Shown piece by piece: positions 16,926 to 25,249 of a DNA stretch of 33,699 nt (positions within the stretch are counted from its first letter, which is position 1; every line of letters starts with the position of its first letter). The DNA comes from a virus: the UHGV virus genome UHGV-0139590; one strand, written 5' to 3'. The position numbers and the translations under genes are program-made. Below the pieces are notes generated by a model that was not told where the DNA came from, did not search any database, and was given only the letters and a program-made list of their open reading frames with translations.

Positions 16926-18135
16926 GTTCGCCGGTCGAAATCACAGCGTTTTATCCGTAATAGATTCAACGTTTATAAGGATGAACGGTTATTGACATCT
17001 TCCCGCCCTAAAGGATGGGGATTCCTACAGCCAGACGGCGATGCCCCGCCGCGAGAATGTTCTTTGCGGCGTTTACGTCGCGGTCGTGAGCGGTTCCGCA
17101 CTCACAACAAGTCCAGTCTCTTATTCGCAAGCCTGCTCTACCTTTCGGACTGTTAGCGGAGATAGCCCCGCAACACGAACAAGCCTGGGTGGAATATTTT
17201 TCGTTAACGACTTCGAACACTACCGACCGCGCAATCGCTTTGTATTTCAGTTGTGTTTTGAGCATGAACCAGCCAGCGTCCAGAACGCTTTTAGCCATTT
17301 TGGTTTTAACCAGTTTCTTACTGCTCACGTCGCCTACGAATATTGCCGCATGGCTGTTTACCAGTGCCGTGCTGTACTTATGCAGTGCATCTTTGCGGCG
17401 GTTCTTAATTTTGGCGTGAATGGCGCGTACGCGGGCTTTTTTGTTCGCCCTCTGCGCCTTGCCTAATGCGGGTTGCAGGTCACGATAAAACCTACCTGCA
17501 ACCAGTGGATCACCCTCTGACGGGGTGGCGTAGTCCTTTAATCCCAGATCTATGCCGATAGCTGTTATTCCCGTTGTCGGGGTGGTTTCGACTTCTACGC
17601 AGACATTGAAATACCAGCGCCCCCGACTATCTTCTGAAAAGCTACCGGCGCGGAATTTATAACCCGCCAGTCCGTAGCTATCCCACACCTTAAAATAGTG
17701 GCCTGCGAACTTGACGCAGCCATTTTGCCATTGCGCCTGCTTCGATTTAAACGGCACCCAGCCCAGAGAACGGCGAGCTCCGCCACTGACACGCCAGCGC
17801 AGACGCGAGCGTTTAAACTGCTTCCGCGCTTTGCCGTGGTCTGCGATCACTTCCTGCACCGTGGCGCTGCCGATGATATAGCCGCGCTCTTTCTGAATAC
17901 CTGCCGTCATCTTCTGAACGTCGAACGCCGACAGCCAGCGGGGAATTTGCGCACCAAAAGCGCCAGCGTTGCTGTATGCCTCGCTGGTTATCTCGTTTGC
18001 CAGATTAAAGACCTGATTGACCTCAAAGGCCATCTGCCGCAAAACGGCGGCGTGGCGGTCTTTAACCCGGACGGATAATGTTTTGATGCGCGTATTCATG
18101 CTCATTACTCCCGCCCGCAGGCGGGAGCCTCCGGG
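16926..18135 (-). mobile_element. IS200/IS605-family insertion element carrying only tnpB (IS1341-like); boundaries approximate
   Basis: Single TnpB ORF, with a perfect 8-bp stem / 4-nt loop hairpin (18108-18127) immediately upstream of its start, as in subterminal left-end hairpins of this family. No tnpA and no terminal inverted repeats, as expected. Confidence 0.6.
17008..18105 (-). CDS. tnpB: TnpB (IS605 OrfB-family RuvC-like, RNA-guided nuclease family), 365 aa
   Basis: RuvC-like motifs GIDLGLKDYATPSEG and HDRDVNAAKNIL; zinc-finger cysteines CSCCG...CCECG near the C-terminus. ATG 18105 with GGGAG upstream. Confidence 0.8.
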   Translation of the reverse strand: MSMNTRIKTLSVRVKDRHAAVLRQMAFEVNQVFNLANEITSEAYSNAGAFGAQIPRWLSAFDVQKMTAGIQKERGYIIGSATVQEVIADHGKARKQFKRSRLRWRVSGGARRSLGWVPFKSKQAQWQNGCVKFAGHYFKVWDSYGLAGYKFRAGSFSEDSRGRWYFNVCVEVETTPTTGITAIGIDLGLKDYATPSEGDPLVAGRFYRDLQPALGKAQRANKKARVRAIHAKIKNRRKDALHKYSTALVNSHAAIFVGDVSSKKLVKTKMAKSVLDAGWFMLKTQLKYKAIARSVVFEVVNEKYSTQACSCCGAISANSPKGRAGLRIRDWTCCECGTAHDRDVNAAKNILAAGHRRLAVGIPIL

Positions 18136-18666
18136 TTAGATCACAAACCAGTCTTCGGCCTGCTCGTCATTCAGCGAAGGGAAAAATTCCACCTCACCTC
18201 CATTAGAATCGAGCAAAAATAAATCATCATTTTCAATGAGAACGTAGCTCGCCGGAACCCAGCTAAGACGCCCTATGAATCGACCAGTACGCGCTGAAAA
18301 ACGCAGTGCTAATTCATACTTCACGTTGCGCCCCCGAAATATTCCAGTAGTTAATCTGAGGGCGATTTGTCGCAGTAAACCGGGCAGAAAAGATACAAGG
18401 TGCGTCGGGTAGTTGAGAACGGGCTTCGGATTCGCTTGCAGCAATAACCGTGTGATAGCGGCGTTTCTGGCAGGAATAGAAGCGCCATATAAATTCAGAG
18501 TGAATCTGGGTAGGGATTGCCAGCATGAGCTGATCTCCGATAACAGTTTAAAACTATCACCACCTGGAGTTTCCACGCTCTGATTGGTGGTGACGCTGAC
18601 GGGGGTGGAAATACCGGCGTTATCGGGAACCGGCCAGCCCGAGAGCTGCCCCGCCAGCGCCACCAT
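18136..18666 (-). CDS. Hypothetical protein (176 aa), weak call
   Basis: Longest ORF in a region with several overlapping ORFs on both strands. No clear SD. Ends exactly at the IS left boundary. No HUH motif, so not TnpA. Confidence 0.3.
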   Translation of the reverse strand: MVALAGQLSGWPVPDNAGISTPVSVTTNQSVETPGGDSFKLLSEISSCWQSLPRFTLNLYGASIPARNAAITRLLLQANPKPVLNYPTHLVSFLPGLLRQIALRLTTGIFRGRNVKYELALRFSARTGRFIGRLSWVPASYVLIENDDLFLLDSNGGEVEFFPSLNDEQAEDWFVI

Positions 18667-18718
18667 AATTTTGTGCGGATCTGTGCCGCTGAATATGGGG
18701 GTACTGACTTACGACAAT

Positions 18719-18741
18719 AAAAAAAGACGCCTGGCGCGTCT
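18719..18741 (-). terminator. Hairpin (AGACGC-CTGGC-GCGTCT) with T7 on the minus strand
   Basis: On the minus strand the stem is followed by TTTTTTT; on the plus strand it is preceded by A7. Confidence 0.4.
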
Positions 18742-18994
18742 GTTGTCGCCGATAACAATTTGCCGGGTTTCCACGCCCGTGCAGACCTTTTTCGTCTGCG
18801 AGAGCAAATGTAACCACCCGGAATGCAGTTTGCAACCACTTTGATTACATATCGGATGACAACAACATTGCCATACTGTCATACAATCGCACTGTAATAC
18901 AATAACAATTAGATTTACTGTTATTTTTCTTCGGTCAGTTGATTGCACATAGTTCATATCATCCCGTTACCGAAAACAGTTAGAGGGCAGGGCA

Positions 18995-20374
18995 TTGAAT
19001 GAATTAACGAATGCCATTGATAACACCGCTGGCGTGGATAGCCTGGTGGCACTGGTAGCATCACTGCATTTCAGCCAGACCGGGTTAGGCCGGACATCTT
19101 TTGTCGTGACCAGCAAAGGAGATGAGGTCAAAACCAGTTTTAAGGTGATCGATGCCCGAAGCCTGGTTATCTCCAACAATCTGGACGGCACCATTAACCC
19201 CAAATTCCCCGCCGAGTTGCAACCGCGCGACCGCACCCGCATGGCGAGCAAAATTCAGGTGAGCAAAATAGCGGGCAACCTGCGACCGGCCCAGCTGAGC
19301 GACTCCGGGCTTAGTAGTCACGGCGCGCCGATTGTCGGCCTGGATAACGTTGTCGAATCCGGTAACGGGCGCTCAATGGGTATTTTGCGCGCCTACGAAC
19401 AGGGGCAGGCGGACAGCTACCGGCTGTACCTGATTGAGCATGCTGTCGACTACGGGCTGAAAGCGTCGGACATTGAGAAGATGGATATGCCGGTGCTAGT
19501 GCGCGAGCGCATAACTGACGTTGACCGCGCGAAGTTTGCCCGCGATTCTAACCAGTCAGATTTACAGGAAATGGCCGCGAGTGAAAAAGCGTTTGTAGAC
19601 GCTGAAATGCTCGACGAGCGGCTCATGGCGATGTTTGCGCCATCAGATGAAGGCAATCTGTTAGCCCGCACCAACGACGCGTTTATTCGGGCATTCATGA
19701 AGGAAATTGGCGACACGGCCTCAGCTGGCCTTGTAACCACTGACGGGCGACCAACCAAGCAGCTGATTGACCGAATCCAGAATGCTATTTTTGCCAAAGC
19801 TTACAAAGATGAGCGTTTAGTAAAGCTGGTGGCAGAGGAGCCGGACCCGGATATGCGTAATATCCTGACCGCACTCAATACCGCAGCGAGCGATTTTGCC
19901 AAGATGCAGATGCTATCCGGCGACGTTCACAAGCAGGCGGTTGACGGGCTGGTGAGCGGCGTGGAGGAGGTGAGCGGGCTGGATAAACAGGCCATCGCCG
20001 CGCTACAGGATGCAATAAACCTCGTCCGCCAGGCGAAGGACAGCGGTCAGGCAATCGAAGAGGCGATCGCCCAGCAGGGATTGTTTGAGGAGACGAGCAA
20101 AGAGGCCGAGGCGCTGGCGCTCTTTATCGTGGCGAACAACCGTAGCGCAAAACGTATCGGCGCAGCATTCAAGAAGCTGGCGCAGAAAATTAACGCAGAG
20201 CTAACCCACCAGCAGCAGGCGTTGGGGGATATGTTTGGCGGGGGTGATTTATTGCTGGTGGACGTGCTTAGTGCGGTTTCACGCGAGATTGAAGAGGAGT
20301 TCGGCGAAGGGAAAGGGCTGAATTTTGCGATGTTTGAATCCGCAGCGGGTGCGGGGGATGTAGCCGTAAACTAA
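18995..20374 (+). CDS. ParB/Srx-like N-terminal domain protein (459 aa), TTG start
   Basis: TTG 18995 is the first start-like codon after an in-frame TAG at 18950, with GAGGG 7 nt upstream. Motif PIVGLDNVVESGNGRSMGILRAYEQG parallels the ParB box (for example P1 ParB ...ILDGSRRRASAIL). No adjacent parA. Confidence 0.6.
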   Translation: MNELTNAIDNTAGVDSLVALVASLHFSQTGLGRTSFVVTSKGDEVKTSFKVIDARSLVISNNLDGTINPKFPAELQPRDRTRMASKIQVSKIAGNLRPAQLSDSGLSSHGAPIVGLDNVVESGNGRSMGILRAYEQGQADSYRLYLIEHAVDYGLKASDIEKMDMPVLVRERITDVDRAKFARDSNQSDLQEMAASEKAFVDAEMLDERLMAMFAPSDEGNLLARTNDAFIRAFMKEIGDTASAGLVTTDGRPTKQLIDRIQNAIFAKAYKDERLVKLVAEEPDPDMRNILTALNTAASDFAKMQMLSGDVHKQAVDGLVSGVEEVSGLDKQAIAALQDAINLVRQAKDSGQAIEEAIAQQGLFEETSKEAEALALFIVANNRSAKRIGAAFKKLAQKINAELTHQQQALGDMFGGGDLLLVDVLSAVSREIEEEFGEGKGLNFAMFESAAGAGDVAVN

Positions 20375-20380
20375 TTGAAA

Positions 20381-20402
20381 GCCCGCTTAATGCGGGCTTT
20401 TT
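20381..20402 (+). terminator. Rho-independent terminator (GCCCGC-TTAAT-GCGGGC + T5)
   Basis: Seven nt after the stop of the ParB-like gene. Confidence 0.65.
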
Positions 20403-20412
20403 CTGGTCTGTG

Positions 20413-20432
20413 CTAAAACACAAACTGATTAC
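20413..20432 (+). promoter_or_regulatory. Conserved promoter-like box, copy 4 (CTAAAACACAAACTGATTAC)
   Basis: Follows a terminator and precedes the hydrolase gene by about 33 nt, the same arrangement as copies 2 and 3. Confidence 0.35.
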
Positions 20433-20464
20433 GGTGAATTCTTCTTTCAACTGAGGAATTCACT

Positions 20465-20956
20465 ATGAGTCAAACCGCAGAACAGCGCTGGGTAACAGAA
20501 GCGCGTAAAAATCTCCACGTCCGCGAAATCAAAGGTCCGCAGCATTGCCCGGAAATTCTGCAATACTGGCGCGACATCAAACGTGGCGGCATCAAAGACG
20601 ATGAAACACCCTGGTGCGCCGCTTTCGTCGGTGCCATGCTGGAGCGCGTCGGTATCCAGTCAACCCGCTTTGAATCGGCCCGTAGCTACCTGAACTGGGG
20701 AACCGAGCTTCGCGAGCCAGTGCCAGGATGTATCGTTGTATTCACCCGCGATGGCGGCGGTCATGTCGGCTTTGTTGTCGGCCAGAACGAGAATCGCGAT
20801 CTGCTGGTGCTGGGCGGCAATCAGTCCGATGCCGTCAATGTCCGCGCCTTCCCACGCGCCCGCGTTACCGGCTATCGCTGGCCTGCCGGTGAAGCACTCC
20901 CGGGTGATGTTCGCCTGCCTGTTACCACTGCGCAGAAGTCCACCAGCGAAGCGTGA
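20465..20956 (+). CDS. CHAP / NlpC-P60-like peptidoglycan hydrolase (163 aa), candidate endolysin
   Basis: ATG 20465 with GAGGAA upstream. Putative catalytic Cys in DDETPWCAAFVGA and His in DGGGHVGFVVG, typical of CHAP-type amidase/peptidases. Confidence 0.7.
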   Translation: MSQTAEQRWVTEARKNLHVREIKGPQHCPEILQYWRDIKRGGIKDDETPWCAAFVGAMLERVGIQSTRFESARSYLNWGTELREPVPGCIVVFTRDGGGHVGFVVGQNENRDLLVLGGNQSDAVNVRAFPRARVTGYRWPAGEALPGDVRLPVTTAQKSTSEA

Positions 20957-20987
20957 TCCACATGCCCTGGCGTCTGCCGGGGCCTTA

Positions 20988-21911
20988 CTACTGATATCCA
21001 CGAAAACCTTTCGGGATCTTGCCGTAATCAACACCTGCGAAGGATTCCCGGAAAACGGTGTCATTCTTGCCATTCCCGGTAGTTTTAAACGCGCTCAGCA
21101 CTTTGAGCATCATGCTCTTGAGCTGGTTAATCTCATTGCCCTGGCGCTGGTTGTAGCGTTCCTCTGCGGCATTGAGCTGGCCCTGAATACGCGTTGCCGT
21201 GATAAGCGCATTCCACTCGGCAAGTGTTTTCCCCTGATAAGCCTGATCCGGTTTATCCACAACCTGCGACGGCTCAGGCGCACTATTTGGATTTTTTTCT
21301 CTTTCAGAAGAAGCAGTAACTATCTCCTTTTGTGCCTCATCTTGCGCCCCGGCTCCCCGCTTCGTTTTGCGCCCCCCTTCTTTAATGACAATCAGAGCTG
21401 ACGCGGCTTTCAGAGCAAACACCATTACTTTTTGTTTCAGGCGGCTGACGGTCTTGCGATAGAGGAAAATGGCGAGGCAAAACAGCATGGCTGGACGGGT
21501 GAGGGTGCGGCGGGCGGTTTCCGTTCCAATTGTGCCTTGGGGAATTTCGGAATTAAAAATCGCGCGTCCGGCATTGCTGGTGGTGAAGCGATCGAGGGTA
21601 GCAATGGACACTTCCGCTTCCTGGGCGATGGTCTTGCGGCTGGCGTAGCAAACGCCGGTATGTGACGGGTTAACTTTGTTGGCAATGCACCCGGCAATAA
21701 TTTTTCCGGTACGGCTGACGAGTGATGCAGGAAGGTAGGCGAGGGCGTTGCTTAATTTGTAGCCTGTAGGGAAAGCGCGTTGCAGTTCGAGCCATAGCGC
21801 GGCGTTGTCCATTTCAAGATAAGCGGAAAACTCAGGCAGGCCGGGGAATAGTGTGGGTTTTATTGCACTATCTGGTAAAGAATTAGGCTGGATTTGGTCA
21901 CAGTTTTGCAT
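20988..21911 (-). CDS. HTH-domain protein (307 aa), possible regulator or replication-associated protein
   Basis: ATG 21911 with AGGAAAT upstream. N-terminal region ...TGVCYASRKTIAQEAEVSIATLDRF... resembles winged-helix HTH modules. Convergent with the hydrolase gene. Confidence 0.5.
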   Translation of the reverse strand: MQNCDQIQPNSLPDSAIKPTLFPGLPEFSAYLEMDNAALWLELQRAFPTGYKLSNALAYLPASLVSRTGKIIAGCIANKVNPSHTGVCYASRKTIAQEAEVSIATLDRFTTSNAGRAIFNSEIPQGTIGTETARRTLTRPAMLFCLAIFLYRKTVSRLKQKVMVFALKAASALIVIKEGGRKTKRGAGAQDEAQKEIVTASSEREKNPNSAPEPSQVVDKPDQAYQGKTLAEWNALITATRIQGQLNAAEERYNQRQGNEINQLKSMMLKVLSAFKTTGNGKNDTVFRESFAGVDYGKIPKGFRGYQ

Positions 21912-22210
21912 TATTATTTCCTAAGTTGTTTGGGGCCTTTATGGATGAGCTGCCCCGCCTGCGCCCGCCAAGGCGCTGGTTGTTGGTTGAGAGTGGTATC
22001 TCGAAGTTCTTTGCCAGGTCGCCAAACCAATGGGCATCGAACAAAATCTTTAGAAAGCTGGTGGATCGCCATCCTCCGGCTTTTTTCTTTTTTATCCTGT
22101 CATAGCGTCATTCCTTGTTGTTTTTCAGGCACGACAAAACCGCACCGATAATTCGGCGCTGAGTGATTTTTACTCAGGGGACTGACACACGAAAACGCGC
22201 ATGAAAAAAC

Positions 22211-22239
22211 TTGAGTGCGGGGAATAGTGCTTGTAAACT
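22211..22239 (+). promoter_or_regulatory. Candidate sigma70 promoter (TTGAGT-17-TAAACT)
   Basis: Good -35 and 17-nt spacer, acceptable -10. No protein-coding ORF with an SD downstream before the terminator at 22333. Confidence 0.3.
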
Positions 22240-22246
22240 GACCTTA

Positions 22247-22356
22247 CAGCACTTTTCCAGTCTATTGCGTGTTGTCAGCATTGAGTGAGTGCGAATCACG
22301 TCAGCGCATAAGGGCTTAAAGGCCCGGCAAAAGCCACCTGCCAGGGTGGTTTTTTG
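22247..22356 (+). ncRNA. Candidate small RNA (~110 nt) between promoter-like hexamers and an intrinsic terminator
   Basis: Promoter-like element at 22211-22239 and terminator at 22333-22356 (CCACC-TGCCA-GGTGG + T6). Intervening sequence has no ATG-initiated ORF. Confidence 0.2.
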
Positions 22357-22408
22357 CTTTCTGGCGTTTAACATACGCCAAAAATTGTTACCCAGGAAGA
22401 TCCAGGCC

Positions 22409-22449
22409 AAAAAAAGGATCACGATCCAAGCTGGTGGCAATCGCGATCC
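22409..22449 (-). terminator. Minus-strand hairpin (GGATCACGA ... TCGCGATCC) followed by T7, downstream of the protease/scaffold gene
   Basis: Imperfect 9-bp stem with a long loop; the A7 on the plus strand becomes a T-run on the minus strand. Lies 60 nt after the gene end at 22509. Confidence 0.35.
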
Positions 22450-22508
22450 TAACCACGTCATGACCCTATAGCAATACTGTTTTTATGAACAGCACCTTAG
22501 AATCACTA

Positions 22509-23534
22509 TCACTTTCGATGTGGCCTGAGCCACAGCGCGGGCGTGTCATCGTCGGCGTGGCGTACTTTCGTGCCTACTGGCGCGGGCTTATGAGCCGATC
22601 TCCCGCCGTCCAGCGGCAGCGTTGCGCCTGCCGAGCCGACAGCAGATTCCAGCATGGCCGCAAGCACCATTGCGTCGTCTTCGGTTTCCATTCGGATCAG
22701 CGCCTGCTTCTGCTCCTTACTCAGGAACACCGGCAGCTCCGACACGGCATTGCGCAGGATTTTTCGACGTTTCGCCGCAGAATCCCCCTGGCTTTCCAGC
22801 ATCATGTTAACGTCGCGCAGGCGCTGCTCCACTTCCATTAAGCGCCCCTGGCTGGCCCATAGCTGGCTTTCCAGCTGGCCGGTACGCTCCACGGACTCCA
22901 GCATTGCCTGGTTGGTTCGCATTTTTTCGAAGTGGTGGCACAGGTCCGTCGCGGCGTTATCGCTGTAACCGGCGTTGCGCAGCGCGTTGTGCATTTGCTC
23001 GCCCCGGGTGTCGGCAGACTCCAGCATCATGCTGCTTTTATCCAGGCTGACATAGTTCGGAATGGTCACGTAGTCCATGCCGTGATAATTGTTCACCAGC
23101 GAGCGGATCGCCCCGTCTTTGCCACCCGTAACCCATGACCAGCCGCCCGCGTTAGAGGCGATCATGCCTTTCACAATCTGGCCCGGGTCGGTATCCAGTA
23201 TTTCCTGGGTGTGAGTGACAATGCCGTTATCGTCCACGTCGATTGCGACGGTGCGGTTAGACGGTACATTGGTCAGCGTTACCGGCTTGCCGTCCACCAG
23301 CACCACACTGACCTCCGGCAGGGTGAGCTTGCCGTCCTTCTCATACTGCAAGGCGCGGCGTCCGTGGCCGTAGTAGCCAAACATTTCACCCAGTTTTATA
23401 TGCTCGCGCACTTCTGGATCGTTGAACGTGGCGCGCACGGTCTGAATGATGTAGTTGCGGTCATTCTGCGGCGTGTGGCGTCGAATTTTGTCGATAAGGG
23501 AAAAGCGATCGGTAACGGTTTGAAGTGTTTTCAT
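22509..23534 (-). CDS. Putative head maturation protease / scaffold (341 aa)
   Basis: ATG 23534 with AAGAGAG upstream. Immediately downstream of the portal gene on the same strand. C-terminal half is coiled-coil-like, as in scaffolds. Protease assignment is by position only. Confidence 0.5.
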   Translation of the reverse strand: MKTLQTVTDRFSLIDKIRRHTPQNDRNYIIQTVRATFNDPEVREHIKLGEMFGYYGHGRRALQYEKDGKLTLPEVSVVLVDGKPVTLTNVPSNRTVAIDVDDNGIVTHTQEILDTDPGQIVKGMIASNAGGWSWVTGGKDGAIRSLVNNYHGMDYVTIPNYVSLDKSSMMLESADTRGEQMHNALRNAGYSDNAATDLCHHFEKMRTNQAMLESVERTGQLESQLWASQGRLMEVEQRLRDVNMMLESQGDSAAKRRKILRNAVSELPVFLSKEQKQALIRMETEDDAMVLAAMLESAVGSAGATLPLDGGRSAHKPAPVGTKVRHADDDTPALWLRPHRK

Positions 23535-23544
23535 GATGACTCTC

Positions 23545-25230
23545 TTAATTTTGGCTCATGACAAATTTGGCGAAGTTGAGTAGCTGGGTACGGCTCCAGT
23601 GCTCAGGGTTTTCATGACGATCTGGCGCGGATTCATGCATCATGTCCTCGTCGTCAAATTCGTGCTCAGCGGATACGGCTTTAAACTCGGTCAGCATCTT
23701 TTCCAGCATCTGCGGGTCCATCTTGAGCTGGTCACAGAACAGGTAGCGCATGAAGGTATCGCTGCCCGCCAGCTTCGGACTCTGCTGTATCTGGTCGAGG
23801 ATCTGGGTGATGATGGAAATGAAGTTGGCGCGGGCGTCCTGATCGCGGGCCTCTTCTGCCATCAGTGCGGTATTCATGGAGTTGAATTGCACGGTGAAAG
23901 GGCGCTGGTTCGGCAGGTAAATCTTGCCGTGCTTATACGCCAGGTGGATATCCACAAAGCGATAGATAGCGTCTGCCACGGCTTGTCGCAGCCACTGCGC
24001 GCGCTGCGCCGCATGAATGGCAGTTTGCGCCCAGCCGCCTTCCCCCAGACCGCCAGACATTTGATCTGCCCACCCCAACATCGTTGAATCAATGCCCAGG
24101 CTTGAGCACAGCTGGCGCAGGTGAAACATCACATCTTCAATGCCGGTGATATCTGCCGGGATGTACTGCGTATCCACGGTGACGCCGTTCTTGCCGTCGC
24201 CCATCAGCGGGATCAGGTGGTTCAGTACGGTCGGCATGGTGCTGGCCTGGACGGACCGGCGCGCCAGCGTCTCTGCGTTGCGTTTCAGTGATTGCGCTAC
24301 GCTGCGCGTGTAGTTGGCGGCGTTAACCGGGTCCAGTGTGCCGGTGGTCAGTGCGATCAGGCGGTCGATTTTGGCGGCGTTATAGCGCGTGGCTTTCAGG
24401 GCATTCAGCGCCCCGCACAGGTTCATAAATGGCTCGTAGGAGTGCTCCAGGAAGCTGGTGCCGTAATTCTGCGTCTCCATCAGATTCTGATCCTGAACGT
24501 CATTCATCAGGGTGTAGCCGCGCGTGCCGGTGGTCATCGGGATCAGGTTACGGCTCGGGGTCCAGTACGGGTTTTTGACCGGCACGATAAACCACGGCTC
24601 CGCCAGGGTCCGTTGCAGGTTGTCCGGGGTCAGCAGGTAATCGCCGGTATAGCCCGCCAGCTGCCCGCCCCGGTGGAATTCCTGGATGAAGTGGGGAAGG
24701 GTGTAATAGCTGGACTCGATGTTAACGATCCCCCGCCCGGGCTCGCCGTATGGCCGGGTAAAGCCCACGCCGAAAATCGACATAAGCAACCCCCATCCGG
24801 GCATCCCGTTATTAATCATTTCCCCCAGGTCTTCCATCAGCTCATTGCAGCGGGTGACGGCCTCTTTGTCTGCCGGGTTCTTTGCCACCAGCGAGAACGC
24901 CAGCCCGCTTCTTTTGCTGGGTGACAGGGCGTGTGCAATGTGGATATTGAGCGCGCTGGATACCGTGGCGCTTTTAGACATTTCCTCCAGGATCGGATAT
25001 TTGGCGAGGCGGTCCAGGGGCAGCGTCAGCCCAATGCCGAGGCTGTCCGCTTCCGTCGTCAGTTCACCCGGCGCATCGCCAGGCTTACCGACCAGCGTAG
25101 CCAGCCCGGACCGTGACACGACGTTATGCCCACTACTCAAAGGCAGATGGGAAACGGGCGTTTTGGGCGCGCTGGTGAACAGCTTTTTCAGGGCCGTGAT
25201 CGCCCCGTTAGTCGAGTTTCTGTTTGCCAT
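23545..25230 (-). CDS. Portal protein (about 561 aa)
   Basis: Large ORF directly upstream of the protease/scaffold gene and divergent from the DarB-like gene, matching P1-like prt-pro gene order. ATG 25230 is preferred over the ORF-track GTG 25263. Identification by size and context, not by a verified motif. Confidence 0.6.
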   Translation of the reverse strand: MANRNSTNGAITALKKLFTSAPKTPVSHLPLSSGHNVVSRSGLATLVGKPGDAPGELTTEADSLGIGLTLPLDRLAKYPILEEMSKSATVSSALNIHIAHALSPSKRSGLAFSLVAKNPADKEAVTRCNELMEDLGEMINNGMPGWGLLMSIFGVGFTRPYGEPGRGIVNIESSYYTLPHFIQEFHRGGQLAGYTGDYLLTPDNLQRTLAEPWFIVPVKNPYWTPSRNLIPMTTGTRGYTLMNDVQDQNLMETQNYGTSFLEHSYEPFMNLCGALNALKATRYNAAKIDRLIALTTGTLDPVNAANYTRSVAQSLKRNAETLARRSVQASTMPTVLNHLIPLMGDGKNGVTVDTQYIPADITGIEDVMFHLRQLCSSLGIDSTMLGWADQMSGGLGEGGWAQTAIHAAQRAQWLRQAVADAIYRFVDIHLAYKHGKIYLPNQRPFTVQFNSMNTALMAEEARDQDARANFISIITQILDQIQQSPKLAGSDTFMRYLFCDQLKMDPQMLEKMLTEFKAVSAEHEFDDEDMMHESAPDRHENPEHWSRTQLLNFAKFVMSQN

Positions 25231-25249
25231 TTTCTGCAAATACCTTTGG

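Noticed and set aside
18136-18666. TnpA (Y1 HUH transposase) partner for the tnpB gene
   Set aside because: The 176-aa ORF upstream of tnpB has no HUH motif or TnpA-like features. The IS left-end hairpin lies between it and tnpB, so it is outside the element.
20736-21401. 221-aa plus-strand ORF spanning the hydrolase 3' end and the HTH gene
   Set aside because: It overlaps two better-supported genes (one on the opposite strand), has low-complexity composition and no SD.
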